This document shows, in pieces, positions 41,946 through 53,081 of a stretch of DNA of 64,000 nt. The number at the start of each line of letters is the position of its first letter. Position 1 is the stretch's first letter. The notes under the pieces are model-generated. The model was not told the origin of the DNA and made no database searches. It saw only the letters and a program-made list of their open reading frames with translations. Both the position numbers and the translations under genes were made by a program. This DNA is from Candidatus Poribacteria bacterium (GTDB taxonomy: Bacteria > Poribacteria > WGA-4E > PCPOR2b), in contig OZ242351.1 of the NCBI GenBank assembly GCA_965208675.1, positions 1,440,001 through 1,504,000 on the forward strand, in the 5' to 3' direction.

Positions 41946-43391
41946 ATGAATCCATCACGCATTTTAATTGCAGACGACGAACACGCAACTTGCAGCTACA
42001 TCGACAAACAAATCAAAATGGAATCGTCGATTGATGCTACTGTGGACTTTGCCTACGACCGGGACGAGGCAATGGCGCTATTGACAGGCAATTCCCACTA
42101 TAATCTAATTATAGTCGATCTCTGGATGCCGGATTCAGAAGGCATTTTAGATAGAGAAGCGGGGTTGAAAATCCTTAAACACAGTAAAGCACGGAAGCCG
42201 GCACCGCAGGCAATTGTTATCACTGCGAACATCTCGTCGAAGACTGCGCTTGAAGCGAGCGGTTTAGGCATCTACGACTATATCAGCAAGCCAATTGACT
42301 ACACCCACCTAATTACCATCATCAAGGGCGCGTTAAATCAAAGCAACAGCGCTTCGCTCGATCAAGAACCTTCCGCTGCCACAGATGCAGAAGAGACTAA
42401 CGGCAACGAAATTGTCGGCCGCAGTAATGCGATGATTGAGGTGATGAAAAAGGTCGGCAAGGTTGCGCTTTCGGATGTTGATGTCTTAATCTATGGCGAG
42501 AGCGGCACCGGTAAGGAATCCGTTGCACATGCCATACATGCACACAGCCCCCGCGCTAAAGGGCCATTTATAGTTGTCAACTGCAGCGCTATTCCTGCGG
42601 AATTAATCGAAGCGGAGTTGTTCGGTATTGGGAAACGGGTGGCAACGGCAGTTGACCAACGACCGGGTAAGTTTCAACAAGCGGATGGCGGTACTATTTT
42701 CCTTGACGAGATTGGCGATTTGGACCTAGCGATGCAACCCAAGCTATTGCGCGTACTAGATTCGAAGGAACTTCAGGGAATCGGGATGGATGTTCACCGT
42801 GTCAATGTTCGGGTTATCGCTGCTACCAATCGAGATCTCGGCGCAGCCGTAGACGCGGGTAGGTTTCGGAGTGATCTCTATTATCGCTTGAAGTTCATGA
42901 TTACTTTGCCGCCGCTGCGTGAGCGGCTGAGCGACATTCGGTTGCTTGCATCGCATTTCCTCAGTAAGTACTTACGCTTATCGGAATCGGGGCAAATCCG
43001 CGGATTCGACGAGACGGTCCTGACAGCGTTTGAGCGGCATCAATGGCCGGGAAATGTTCGTGAACTAGAGAAAGCCGTTCAATACGCGGTTGTCACCTGT
43101 TCGGGAACTCGCATTACACAAGAAGATTTACCCCCCGAAATCTTTAGTGAGCACGGAGTAGGAACACTTCAATCGAGCGGAGCACTGGAAACTCCGCCAT
43201 TACACAGCTTACTCAACGTCCCGACGATTAAGGACGCTACGCAAGGCTTCGAGAAAATCTTCCTCGAACACAAACTCAAACAGAATAACTGGAACGTCCA
43301 GGCAACCGCCCTACAAATTGGAATCAAACGCCAGTCATTGCACCGCAAAATTAAGGAACTCGGCCTGCAGCGAAACGGGAATCAGACGTAA
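41946..43391 (+). CDS. NtrC-family (sigma54 bEBP-type) response regulator
   Basis: REC domain (ADDE, DLWMP), GESGTGKE, FLDEIG, AATNRDL, WPGNVREL and a Fis-type HTH. Confidence 0.92.
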   Translation: MNPSRILIADDEHATCSYIDKQIKMESSIDATVDFAYDRDEAMALLTGNSHYNLIIVDLWMPDSEGILDREAGLKILKHSKARKPAPQAIVITANISSKTALEASGLGIYDYISKPIDYTHLITIIKGALNQSNSASLDQEPSAATDAEETNGNEIVGRSNAMIEVMKKVGKVALSDVDVLIYGESGTGKESVAHAIHAHSPRAKGPFIVVNCSAIPAELIEAELFGIGKRVATAVDQRPGKFQQADGGTIFLDEIGDLDLAMQPKLLRVLDSKELQGIGMDVHRVNVRVIAATNRDLGAAVDAGRFRSDLYYRLKFMITLPPLRERLSDIRLLASHFLSKYLRLSESGQIRGFDETVLTAFERHQWPGNVRELEKAVQYAVVTCSGTRITQEDLPPEIFSEHGVGTLQSSGALETPPLHSLLNVPTIKDATQGFEKIFLEHKLKQNNWNVQATALQIGIKRQSLHRKIKELGLQRNGNQT

Positions 43392-43558
43392 ACCTTAGCG
43401 ATGCATGGTTACCCAACCTCTAGGTGCAACACACCGATACAGGAAAATTAAACTCGCTCAGAGTCCTAAACCGTGCAGGCTTGACAATTGCGCGTCCAAC
43501 ACAGACGCGGCGGTGTTAAAGGAATTCGTCTGCATGACGTCCTAATCCCGCCCTACAC

Positions 43559-43595
43559 TGTCGCCTCAGGGTGACAGTGTTGTATTTGAGTGACA
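43559..43595. promoter_or_regulatory. Tandem palindromic enhancer-like sites (candidate bEBP UAS)
   Basis: TGTCGCCTCAGGGTGACA (43559-43576) and TGTTGTATTTGAGTGACA (43578-43595), both TGT-N12-ACA. Confidence 0.55.
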
Positions 43596-43735
43596 AAAAT
43601 GTGAAGTGAATTGCAATTGCGACGGTTTGTTGACGGGAGGTTGAAGTTCGTGTGCGATCCCAGTTTTGCGCCTAATGTAGAACATCCAACCTAATTTCGC
43701 TTTTTTTATTCATTTTCGGGGCCGCCGTCTATCGC

Positions 43736-43750
43736 TGGCACACATCTTGC
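43736..43750 (+). promoter_or_regulatory. Sigma54 (-24/-12) promoter
   Basis: TGGCAC-ACATC-TTGC, exact consensus spacing, 79 bp upstream of the sigma factor ATG. Confidence 0.75.
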
Positions 43751-43828
43751 CTATGTAATTCAATGAAATGCTGCTCCTACCACAACCTATGACCGAAAAC
43801 CATCACCGAAACAAGAATGGCTGAATAG

Positions 43829-45037
43829 ATGAATCAATCATCTCAAATCTCCACTGAAACGTCCACTGAAAATTGGTCACCGCCGTTTGAATCTGTACCT
43901 GCAGATTTGGGAATGCAAACCGAATCATTAACACCGGCATCAGGTATCGGTCCGGCGCAGGACGCCTTTGCATTAGAGGATTCCGATGATACCATTAAAC
44001 CGCCCTTGGACTCTGACTGCGAGAAAGAAAGGCACGGCGGCGTTCTGCACACGTATCTTTCCCAGATGGGAGATTATGCACGTTTGACGCAAGACGAAGA
44101 ATTAAGCATCTTTTTAAAGATTGAGAAGTACCGCAAGCGCATCAATGAATGCTATGAAGAATTGATGACATTTCCGCTTGAGATAGATTCGGAAGATTTG
44201 CCAAGCCCGCATTCGTTGAAAAAATTGATTGCCGCTAAATCTTTCGTTCCGCCCACACAAGAGTTCCTTTTGGAACTGGTGGGACATATCCAATTTCTGC
44301 AAGCGGAAATCCACACCGCTAAAAACCGTGTTGTCGAGGCGAACTTGAGATTAGCCGTCTGTATTGCCAAGAAATACCAAGAGCGCGGACTCGATTTGCC
44401 TGATCTCATTCAGGAGGCAAACATCGGGTTGATTAACGCTGTCAATCACTTTGATTGGCGGCGCGGCGTGAAGTTTGGCGCGTGCGCTTCTTGGTGGATC
44501 CAGCAAGCCATCGGGCGCAGCATTGCAAATCATGGGCGGACGATTCGCATCCCGTCGCACCTACTCAGCGACATTAGTAAAGTGAATCGTGCGAAAGCAC
44601 GTTTTTTTCAAAACACCAACCGAGAACCCAATCCAAAAGAAATCTCTGAAGCAACCGGGCTTTCAGCCAAAAAGATAACGGAACTGAATCGGATTTCGGC
44701 GGATTCCATGTCGCTGGAAGACTGCATCAGTCCAGACACGGGTGGTGAAGTTGAAGCGCTAGTTCCATGCGAACAGGGATCGGATCCCCTAACAAGCGTG
44801 ATTACGAAAAGCCTAATTGAAGAGGTTAATCTGGCAATCGGCGCATTGCCGCCCCGTGAGAAACAGATTGTCTTTTTGAGATACGGTCTAGAAAACAGCG
44901 AAGAACACAGTTTACAGGAAATAGGGATGATACTGAACCTGTCACGGGAACGGGTTCGGCAATTGGAAGCCAGGGCGTTGAGTCGGCTGCGCCATCCCTC
45001 TCGGAGCGATAGACTGAACGATTTCCTCTTTTCGTAA
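43829..45037 (+). CDS. RpoD/RpoS-like sigma70 factor (alternative, divergent region 2)
   Basis: YL..MG...LT..EE region 1.2, ANLRL, DLIQEANIGL, WWIQQAI, RTIRIP and SRERVRQLE..AL..LR. Confidence 0.9.
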   Translation: MNQSSQISTETSTENWSPPFESVPADLGMQTESLTPASGIGPAQDAFALEDSDDTIKPPLDSDCEKERHGGVLHTYLSQMGDYARLTQDEELSIFLKIEKYRKRINECYEELMTFPLEIDSEDLPSPHSLKKLIAAKSFVPPTQEFLLELVGHIQFLQAEIHTAKNRVVEANLRLAVCIAKKYQERGLDLPDLIQEANIGLINAVNHFDWRRGVKFGACASWWIQQAIGRSIANHGRTIRIPSHLLSDISKVNRAKARFFQNTNREPNPKEISEATGLSAKKITELNRISADSMSLEDCISPDTGGEVEALVPCEQGSDPLTSVITKSLIEEVNLAIGALPPREKQIVFLRYGLENSEEHSLQEIGMILNLSRERVRQLEARALSRLRHPSRSDRLNDFLFS

Positions 45038-45545
45038 TGCGGTGACTTCGGCGGCCAATTGTGACTACGCGCGTTTGACAGCGCCGCTGCACAGCCGAAG
45101 TCGTGCCATCCGCACCCTCTTAAATCGGCTTTTGCCGCCTAGCGAAACTAACTTATACCAATCACTCTGCCTACCCCGGTTATGTTGCGGCATAAAGCCT
45201 TGCCCCGAAACCAATTTTATCTAAAACTAGTTCTTCCCGTTTACCCCTTCTCTCCTCACCGGCCTTCCGGGAATTCCGACGTTTCCACATGTTATTTTGC
45301 TGGGACAAACCGCTCAATATGACATGCGTATCAATCTGGTTTATTCTCTCACCGCGAAATTAACGGCCACCATCGGAAAAATAATCTATATCACTCCATT
45401 TTGTGATATGATTGAGGCTAGGTCTAGGCGAACATTAGAGCATGTTGACCAATCGGTTAGTTTACACGGATAGATTGGGCATCGCACAGTCAACTAACGC
45501 CATTCCTGTTTCGGGTTGAAGAACAAAAGACGAGGAGTGATTAAA

Positions 45546-46652
45546 ATGCGGACGCGAACTGCGGTTGTCTACGAACACAACAAACCGGTTATTGTCGACG
45601 ATTTAGAATTAGATGAACCGAAAGCGAACGAAGTGCTCATCCGTATGGTCGCGACTGGTGTATGCCATTCGGATTTGTCCATTGTGAACGGCACCATCTA
45701 TTACGATCCGCCGATCGCGATAGGGCATGAAGGGGCAGGGGTAATTGAGCAGGTCGGCGATGGAGTTAGCTACGTCAACCCCGGCGATCACGTTGTGCTC
45801 TCATTCGTCACCTTCTGCGGAGATTGCCGTATGTGCCAGAATAATCTCGTTAGGCTATGTGAGGGTTTCCGCGCACCGCGCGCCCATTTGCTGGACGGCA
45901 CTTGCCGATTACACAATAAATCTGGACAACCTATCCTTCAAATGGCGCGGATCGCTACCATGTCGGAGTATACCGTTGTTCCAGAGCAGAGCTTGGTCAA
46001 AATTGATGCACGTTATCCGCTCGAAAAGGCAGTCTTGGTCGGATGCGGCGTAACAACAGGCGTTGGCGCGGTGTTAAACACCGCAAAGGTCGAAGCGGGA
46101 AGTTCGGTTGCGGTAATCGGCACCGGCGGCGTCGGATTGAATGTGATTCAAGGGGCTGTGCTCGCATCTGCAGAACGAATAATCGCGATTGACCTTATTG
46201 AGAATAAACTCGACTTGGCAAAGAGCTTCGGCGCAACGGATTTAGTGGATGCGTCGACGTGCGATCCGGTCGAAGCGGTTCGCGAATTGACGGACGGTAA
46301 GCACGTTGATTACGCATTTGAAGTCATCGGTTACCCGAAGACGATTGAGCAGGCTTATGCGATGATTCGCCCCGGCGGAACGGCTGTCGTCATCGGCGCT
46401 TGCAATCAGGATGTACATATAAGCATACCGGCTCAGAGTATCGTTATGAAAGAAAAACGGCTAATTGGGTCGTTTTACGGTTCATCCAGCCCCCGCGCCG
46501 CTATGCCTAAACTGCTAAAACTTTACGAAAACGGCAAGCTCAAACTCGATGAATTGATTACGCAAACCTACCGCCTTGAACAGATTAACGACGCCTTCGC
46601 CGACATGGAATCTGGCAAGAATGCTAGGGGTGTCATTCTGTACGATAACTAA
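45546..46652 (+). CDS. Zn-dependent alcohol dehydrogenase (class III-like)
   Basis: GVCHSD, GHEGAG, CGDCRMC...C and GTGGVG motifs; ATG at 45546 after GAGGAG. Confidence 0.92.
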   Translation: MRTRTAVVYEHNKPVIVDDLELDEPKANEVLIRMVATGVCHSDLSIVNGTIYYDPPIAIGHEGAGVIEQVGDGVSYVNPGDHVVLSFVTFCGDCRMCQNNLVRLCEGFRAPRAHLLDGTCRLHNKSGQPILQMARIATMSEYTVVPEQSLVKIDARYPLEKAVLVGCGVTTGVGAVLNTAKVEAGSSVAVIGTGGVGLNVIQGAVLASAERIIAIDLIENKLDLAKSFGATDLVDASTCDPVEAVRELTDGKHVDYAFEVIGYPKTIEQAYAMIRPGGTAVVIGACNQDVHISIPAQSIVMKEKRLIGSFYGSSSPRAAMPKLLKLYENGKLKLDELITQTYRLEQINDAFADMESGKNARGVILYDN

Positions 46653-46806
46653 CACGGCAAACACGTTAATTCTTACCCCAATTCCCGCGCTTCTGCAAAA
46701 AAATCGCCCTCCGATCTAATCATTTGCTCCGTTAGTGCATCATAATATAATAGAAGGCAATGACGTTGATGGCATTGCCGCCTTAAGCCGCACAACTTCG
46801 GGAGCG

Positions 46807-49800
46807 ATGAATATGGCTAACAGCGATGCCGAACTCATCCAACGCACCTTGGATGGCGATGATACCGCGTTCGGGTTCCTGGTCGACAAATACAAAGGCG
46901 CGGTCCACGCGCTCGCCTATCGTAAAACCGGGAATTTCCACACCGCAGAAGACATTACGCAGGACACCTTTTTCAAAGCCTACGAAAAACTCCACACGCT
47001 CAAGGATTGGCGGCATTTCCCAGGCTGGCTCTACAGAATAGCGTCACGGCTCTGCTTGATGTGGCATCGCAATCGGCGGGTGGTACCGCAACCGCTCGAA
47101 ACGGTTAACAGCGGTCACATGGATGCCCTGGCGTGGGCAAAGCACACCGACCAGCAAACCCGACAATCGGTACGTGACGGGTTGGAAGCCCTGCCGGAAA
47201 GCCAACGCACGGTCTTGACACTGCACTATCTCGGTGGGATGACGTGCGAGGAGATTGCGCGGTTCATCGGCACGTCGCGCGGTGCGGTGCTTAACCGGCT
47301 TTATCATGCCCGACGTCAATTGAAAAAGGAGATGATGCCGATGATGGAGAAAACACTGGGCACATTTCAGTTGCCGCCGACCTTCACCCAACAGATGATG
47401 AATCGAATTCACCGAACACCCCCAACAACCACGCCCCAAGGCAAACCGATCTTGCCGTGGATTGCAGCGACAGCGTCGCTCGTGTTCGCGCTGATTATCG
47501 GACTGGGGCAACAGGCAATGACGTGGTTTCAGCAACCGTACAGTCTTGACGCAGTCGCACCGGCGAGTCGGATTGAACTCATTGACGCGCCTATGATTCC
47601 CATACCCGAGACAAAACCCGATCTAATCAATCGTCCGGGCCGATTGAACCCTCGAGACGACAAGAAAGGTATCGGACCGAACGGAACATATTTTTCGGCG
47701 GCGGCAAACGCCGACGTGGGTAGAGAACGCAACGACAGCAAATGGACGCAGACTAACGGGCCTTACGGTGGCAGAACTAACACACTATACCGGGCGTCAG
47801 ATGGATCGTTATATGCATTAACGGATATGCAAGTGTTCCGTTCTAGCAACCATGGCGATTCGTGGGTTCAAGTCTACAACAGCTTAACTGCCAATCCTGC
47901 CGATTCGTGGCTTTCCGGAACAATTACGGACGCGAACGGCGTACTGTACATTAATACAGCCGCGACCATTCTATATACAGACAACCGCGGCGAATCGTGG
48001 CAACAGATAAACTACCTTTACGGGGCAGATACAGCCATCAGGACGTTCAGCGTGATCGGATCGCGAATCTACATCAGCCGAGTTAAAGATGGCGTTGCTT
48101 ACTCTGATGATTACGGCGAATCGTGGAACGCCATTCGAGACGGTTTACCGGCTAAACCGCCCGACAAATTTGCGACAGTTGGAAAAACGCTATTCGCTAA
48201 GGTGGACAACGTCATTTTTCGGTTAAGAGAAGGCGAAACGTCGTGGACGAAAAACACAAACCTTCCCAATCTCCGATTTCTCATCGCCGAAAAGAAGGCG
48301 TTGATTATTGGAAGTCAGACCGATTTGCGACGTTCATTGGACGAAGGTGAATCTTGGACGTCGATGACAAATTCAACGACTGTGCAGGTTCATAACATGA
48401 TATCGGGGAAGAAAATTGTGAAGGAGCGGGACATTCGCTCTCTCATAACCGCAGGAAATGAAGCTTTACAGCTTACAAGCCCGTTGGAACCGACTCGTTT
48501 AACAGAAGAACTTGAGAATTGGGAACCTACGACACGAGGACTAAAGGATCAATCTTTAATCATTGAAAATGTTGCGGCGTTTGGCGATACAAGGTATGTC
48601 CTGCTCAATGACGGTACGTTGCTGCGCTCCACAGACATAGGTCTTTTAGGCACAACCGAAGCGTCCAGCTTGAGCAGATATTTCATATCAACAGACGGTT
48701 TGGCCGCGCCTTCAGAGCGTGAAATCTGTAAAATGGGAAACTACGTCATTTGGAATACAATGGTAGCAACCGGATTGGACACTCATTTCGTGTCAGTCGA
48801 TAGCATAGCGGCGGTATCGGAACATGTGGTTAGTATTTCCAACGCAGCCGGGATATTTCGGCTGACAGACGGCGCGGAATCCTAGAAACAAACCAATGAG
48901 GGGCTTGTCGGATCGATGGTGCAAAGTCTCGTATCTTTCAAGGACGCACTGTATGCCTCGACTCACAATCGCAACGGTGTTTTCAAGTCTGCAGACGGCG
49001 GCGACCGATGGACGCCGATTCATAGTGGTTTGCCAACGACGGATGTAGGAGCGCTCGCCATATCGGGGGAAGCGCTCTATCTTGGAGTAAATGAAGATTA
49101 CTTAACGGGCGTGGAAGACCGAACCTATACCGGCGGAATCTATCGTTTGGCAGATGATCGGAATTCATGGATTCCGGTGCAGACCGAAATGCGCACGGAT
49201 TACAGGCTCAAGGGTTATAACCAAATGTACAGCGTTGACGTGCTTGTAATTTCCGGAGAAACCTTCTACATCATTGCCCAAATGGGAAGCGGTTTCCGGC
49301 TTTATCGATGGCGGATCGGCGAGCGGTATTGGACGGATATCAGTCCTCATCCAGAAAATTGGATTTATGGAGGGAACGATGAGTTAACCGGCCTTTCTGT
49401 CGCAAACGAGACCATTTATATCGCTGCAGACATGGATCTCTATCGTTCGCGCAACAGCGGAGACACATGGTCGAAGATTGAGTTTCGCGTGTCTCCTTCT
49501 TCGCGCTACCTTCCCCAAATAACAGGAGCTGTGATTTTGGGAAAGGCCGTCTTCGTTTCGACTCGAGAATCGGGTGTGTTTCGGTCAAGCGACGGGGGCA
49601 AAAACTGGGAATCGGTCAACGGCGGGTTGCCGCAGGGGTATACTTTGGAACTTCACGTGATTGGGAATGCGCTTTATGCAACGGACAGTGCTCAAGGTAT
49701 CTATCGATTCAGGGATGGCGGGGGTACTTGGGAATTCGTTAAACCGTCGGTTTCAAATATGTTGTCGGGTGCACTGACAATCGTGGACGGGACGTTATAC

Positions 49801-49860
49801 GCCGGCATGGGAGAGAGCGGTGTGTATCGGATCGCGTTGGATAACGCCGACCGTGATTAG
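46807..49860 (+). pseudogene. ECF sigma factor-TM-beta-propeller fusion interrupted by an in-frame TAG
   Basis: ECF sigma2/sigma4 (AEDITQD.F, WLYRIA, EEIA..G), one TM helix, then S.D.G.SW Asp-box repeats. TAG at 48883-48885 is in frame with the 48916..49860 ORF. Confidence 0.7.
49569..49841 (+). repeat. Left copy of ~280-bp direct repeat (3' end of propeller gene)
   Basis: Aligns by eye to 62059-62340 with about 30 substitutions and one 9-nt indel. Confidence 0.9.
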
Positions 49861-49931
49861 TTGGTGGAAATGTAAGTATTCTTCACCAAACCCACGAAAG
49901 CCGTAGGTGTTCAAAAGAGAGGTTTTCTTGC

Positions 49932-52900
49932 TCATGCCCAATTTTCACACAACGCCTCGGCTTGTTCTAGGACGGTCTCGGCAGCTTTGGCTTGTTTGTC
50001 GGGCGGGTAACCATAGCGCCGTAAGATTCGCTTCACCAATCGGCGCAGGTTGGCGCGGACGCTCTCCTTCATCGTCCAGTCGATGGTCACATTGTTGCGG
50101 ACGGTTTTTACGAGTTCCGTCGCTATTGTGCACAGGGTCTCATCTCCCAGCACCTGCACGGCACTATCGTTGGTTTCAAGCGCGTCGTAGAATGCCAATT
50201 CATCGCTCGTTAGCCCCAACTCCTCGCCGCGGTCACGCGCCTGACGCAACTCCTTCGCCGTTTGAATAAGTTGCTCGATTACCTGCGCGGCTTCTATCGT
50301 CCGGTTTTGATAGGCGCGAATCGAGCGTTCCAGCATTTCTGCGAACGACCGCGCTTGTACAACGTTTTGCCGCGAGTGGGTTTTGATTTCATCGTTTAGC
50401 AGCTTGTCCAGAAGTTCGACCGCGAGGTTTCTTTGTGGCAAATTGCGCACCTCTGCCAAGAATTCGTCGGAAAGAATTGAGATGTCCGGCTTCTCTAATC
50501 CCGCGGCGGCAAAGATGTCTACTACCCCTTCAGGAACGACCGCCTTGGATACCAACTGCTTGACGGCGAGTTCTGCCGCCTCGGACTGGGACTCCTCTCT
50601 AGCCGTCAGTTTTGCCAAGACACCTCGCACCGCTTGGAAAAACGCGACATCGTCCCGTATCTTGATTGCGCTTTCGTGCGGTACGACTAGCGAAAAGGCT
50701 TTGGCGAGCGCAGCAACCTCTTTCAGTAGACGGGTTTTGCCATCTTCCAAACCCAAGATGTGTTCTTGGGCGGCGGGGAGCAGTCTGAGACGTTCCTCGG
50801 CGTTTCCGTCAATCCACGACGACCAATCGAACGCATGAAACAACCCGGAGCAGATTTCGTACTTTTCCAGCATTATAGCAATCGCTTCAGCTTTATTGAG
50901 GGAGGGCTTGCCCTTTCCGCCGTTGTCCGTATAGTTAGTTAAAGCCTGCTTTAGATGGTAACCAATTCCGATGTAGTCTACAATTAGACCGCCGGGTTTT
51001 TCGCCGAATACGCGATTGACGCGCGCGATGGCTTGCATCAGGGCGTGACCTCGCATCGGCTTATCAACATACATAGTGTGAAGACTCGGCGCGTCAAAGC
51101 CGGTCAGCCACATGTCGCGGACGATTACAAATCTCAACGGGTCATCAGGGTTTTTAAATCGAACTGCCAGTTCTTCGCGCCGCGATTTGTTGCGGATATG
51201 CGGCTGCCACGACTCGTCCTCCGACGCCTCGCCCGTCATTACAACCTTTATGAATCCCTGCTTGTCATCTTCACCATGCCAATTCGGACGTTTTGCGACA
51301 ATGGCGTTGTAAAGATCAACACAGATTCGGCGGCTCATACAGACCACCATCGCCTTGCCGTCCATTGCATCCAATCGCTCTCCGAAATGCGTGATGATAT
51401 CATCGGCTACTAGACCCACACGCTTCTCCGTTCCGACCAGCGCTTCAAGCTGAGCCCATTTGGATTTGAGTCTCTCCTTATGCCTTTCCTCCTCTCCTTC
51501 GGTCACCTCCTCAAATTCTGGGTCAACATGAGGTTTCTCGTTCTCATCCAACTCAATTTTGGCGAGTCGGCTCTCGTAATAGATTGGGACGGTGGCGCCG
51601 TCTTCAACTGCTCGTTGTATATCGTAGATGCTGATGTAGTTTCCGAAGACGTTTCGGGTGTCACGGTCGGTCCCCTCAATGGGGGTGCCGGTGAAACCGA
51701 TAAATGATGCGTTCGGAAGTGCGTCGCGCATGTGACGGGCGAATCCATCTATAAAATCGTACTGGCTGCGATGGGCTTCGTCCGCTATGACAACGATGTT
51801 TCGCCGGTCAGAAAGTTTTGGGAATCGACGTTCTTCATCTTTAGGAAAAAACTTCTGTACTGTGGTAAAGACCACGCCGCCTGAAGCCACTTTCAGGAGT
51901 TCGCGCAGATGTCCTCTGTCCTTCGCTTGAACAGGTATTTGCCGCAAGAGCTGGTTACATCTAGCGAACGTGCCGAACAGTTGGTCGTCCAAGTCGTTGC
52001 GGTCGGTGATAACCACCAATGTCGGGTTTTGCATTTCCGGACGCAGGATAATGCTACCGGCATAAAATGCCATAGTCAAGCTCTTGCCCGACCCTTGTGT
52101 GTGCCAGATGACGCCGCAACGTCTGTCCCCGTCCGGACGCGACGCTTTCACGGTAGTGTCAACGGCGGCGCTAACAGCGTGGAATTGGTGATAACCGGCG
52201 ATTTTCTTGGCAATCGTATCGCCGCCCATTTCCTCAAAGACAATAAAGTGCTTGAGATAGTTCAGGAACCGCTTCTTGTCGAAGAGTCCCTTGATTGTCA
52301 CCTCCAGTTCCAGATCGGACGATGCGGCTTCGGTTTCTCCCTCAATTGTCCGCCACGGCATGAACCGTTCCTTATCTGCGGTCAAAGCGCCAACGCGGGC
52401 TTCCAGCCCGTCAGAGATGACCAGCGCCTCGTTGTACGTGAACAGCCGCGGAATTTCCTGCTTGTAGGTCTGAAGTTGGCGAAATGCTGACCAGACAGTG
52501 GCATTTTCGTCGGTCGGGCTTTTGAGTTCAATCACGCCTAGCGGAATACCATTGATAAACAGCACGATGTCCGGACGCCGTTCGGTTGCCCCCATCACAG
52601 TGAACTGATTAACCGCTAACCAGTCGTTGTTTTCGGGGTTCCCAAAATCCACCAATCGCACGCGGTCTCCACGAATAGTGCCATCTGAACCCCGATATTC
52701 GACCTCCACACTATCAACCAACATTAAGTGAAACGTCCGATTGTTTTGAACCGGTGAGGGAGAGTTCGGAGAAATCACTCGTTGAACGGCTTCTTCCTGA
52801 CATTCGGCGGGGATGTTCGGATTCAGGCGAGCAACCGCATCGCGCAGACGCTGTGTCAACACCACGTCATCGTAGCTTGAACGTTCGGCACTAGGCATCT

Positions 52901-53003
52901 CAGGAGCAATGTCAGGACCGTGTAGGACGGAATACTCCATACCCGCTAGCCAATCCATTGCCGTTTGTTCGACATCGGATTCGTAAATTGTAATGGGATT
53001 CAT
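49932..53003 (-). CDS. hsdR: Type I restriction enzyme R subunit
   Basis: [16 protein letters not shown] nuclease motif, [21 protein letters not shown] and MWLTGFDAP. Confidence 0.95.
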   Translation of the reverse strand: MNPITIYESDVEQTAMDWLAGMEYSVLHGPDIAPEMPSAERSSYDDVVLTQRLRDAVARLNPNIPAECQEEAVQRVISPNSPSPVQNNRTFHLMLVDSVEVEYRGSDGTIRGDRVRLVDFGNPENNDWLAVNQFTVMGATERRPDIVLFINGIPLGVIELKSPTDENATVWSAFRQLQTYKQEIPRLFTYNEALVISDGLEARVGALTADKERFMPWRTIEGETEAASSDLELEVTIKGLFDKKRFLNYLKHFIVFEEMGGDTIAKKIAGYHQFHAVSAAVDTTVKASRPDGDRRCGVIWHTQGSGKSLTMAFYAGSIILRPEMQNPTLVVITDRNDLDDQLFGTFARCNQLLRQIPVQAKDRGHLRELLKVASGGVVFTTVQKFFPKDEERRFPKLSDRRNIVVIADEAHRSQYDFIDGFARHMRDALPNASFIGFTGTPIEGTDRDTRNVFGNYISIYDIQRAVEDGATVPIYYESRLAKIELDENEKPHVDPEFEEVTEGEEERHKERLKSKWAQLEALVGTEKRVGLVADDIITHFGERLDAMDGKAMVVCMSRRICVDLYNAIVAKRPNWHGEDDKQGFIKVVMTGEASEDESWQPHIRNKSRREELAVRFKNPDDPLRFVIVRDMWLTGFDAPSLHTMYVDKPMRGHALMQAIARVNRVFGEKPGGLIVDYIGIGYHLKQALTNYTDNGGKGKPSLNKAEAIAIMLEKYEICSGLFHAFDWSSWIDGNAEERLRLLPAAQEHILGLEDGKTRLLKEVAALAKAFSLVVPHESAIKIRDDVAFFQAVRGVLAKLTAREESQSEAAELAVKQLVSKAVVPEGVVDIFAAAGLEKPDISILSDEFLAEVRNLPQRNLAVELLDKLLNDEIKTHSRQNVVQARSFAEMLERSIRAYQNRTIEAAQVIEQLIQTAKELRQARDRGEELGLTSDELAFYDALETNDSAVQVLGDETLCTIATELVKTVRNNVTIDWTMKESVRANLRRLVKRILRRYGYPPDKQAKAAETVLEQAEALCENWA

Positions 53004-53081
53004 GGTATTGCCTTAAAGCGAGGGCAGTCTGTTGGGACTTCTAAATCGCTTCCAAAATCTTATTGCAAACATTTTGAATCA

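Noticed and set aside
48883-48885. Pyrrolysine or programmed amber read-through
   Set aside because: The position corresponds to a structural Trp (one-base change from TGG), there are no pyl genes in view, and TAG serves as a normal stop for other genes here.
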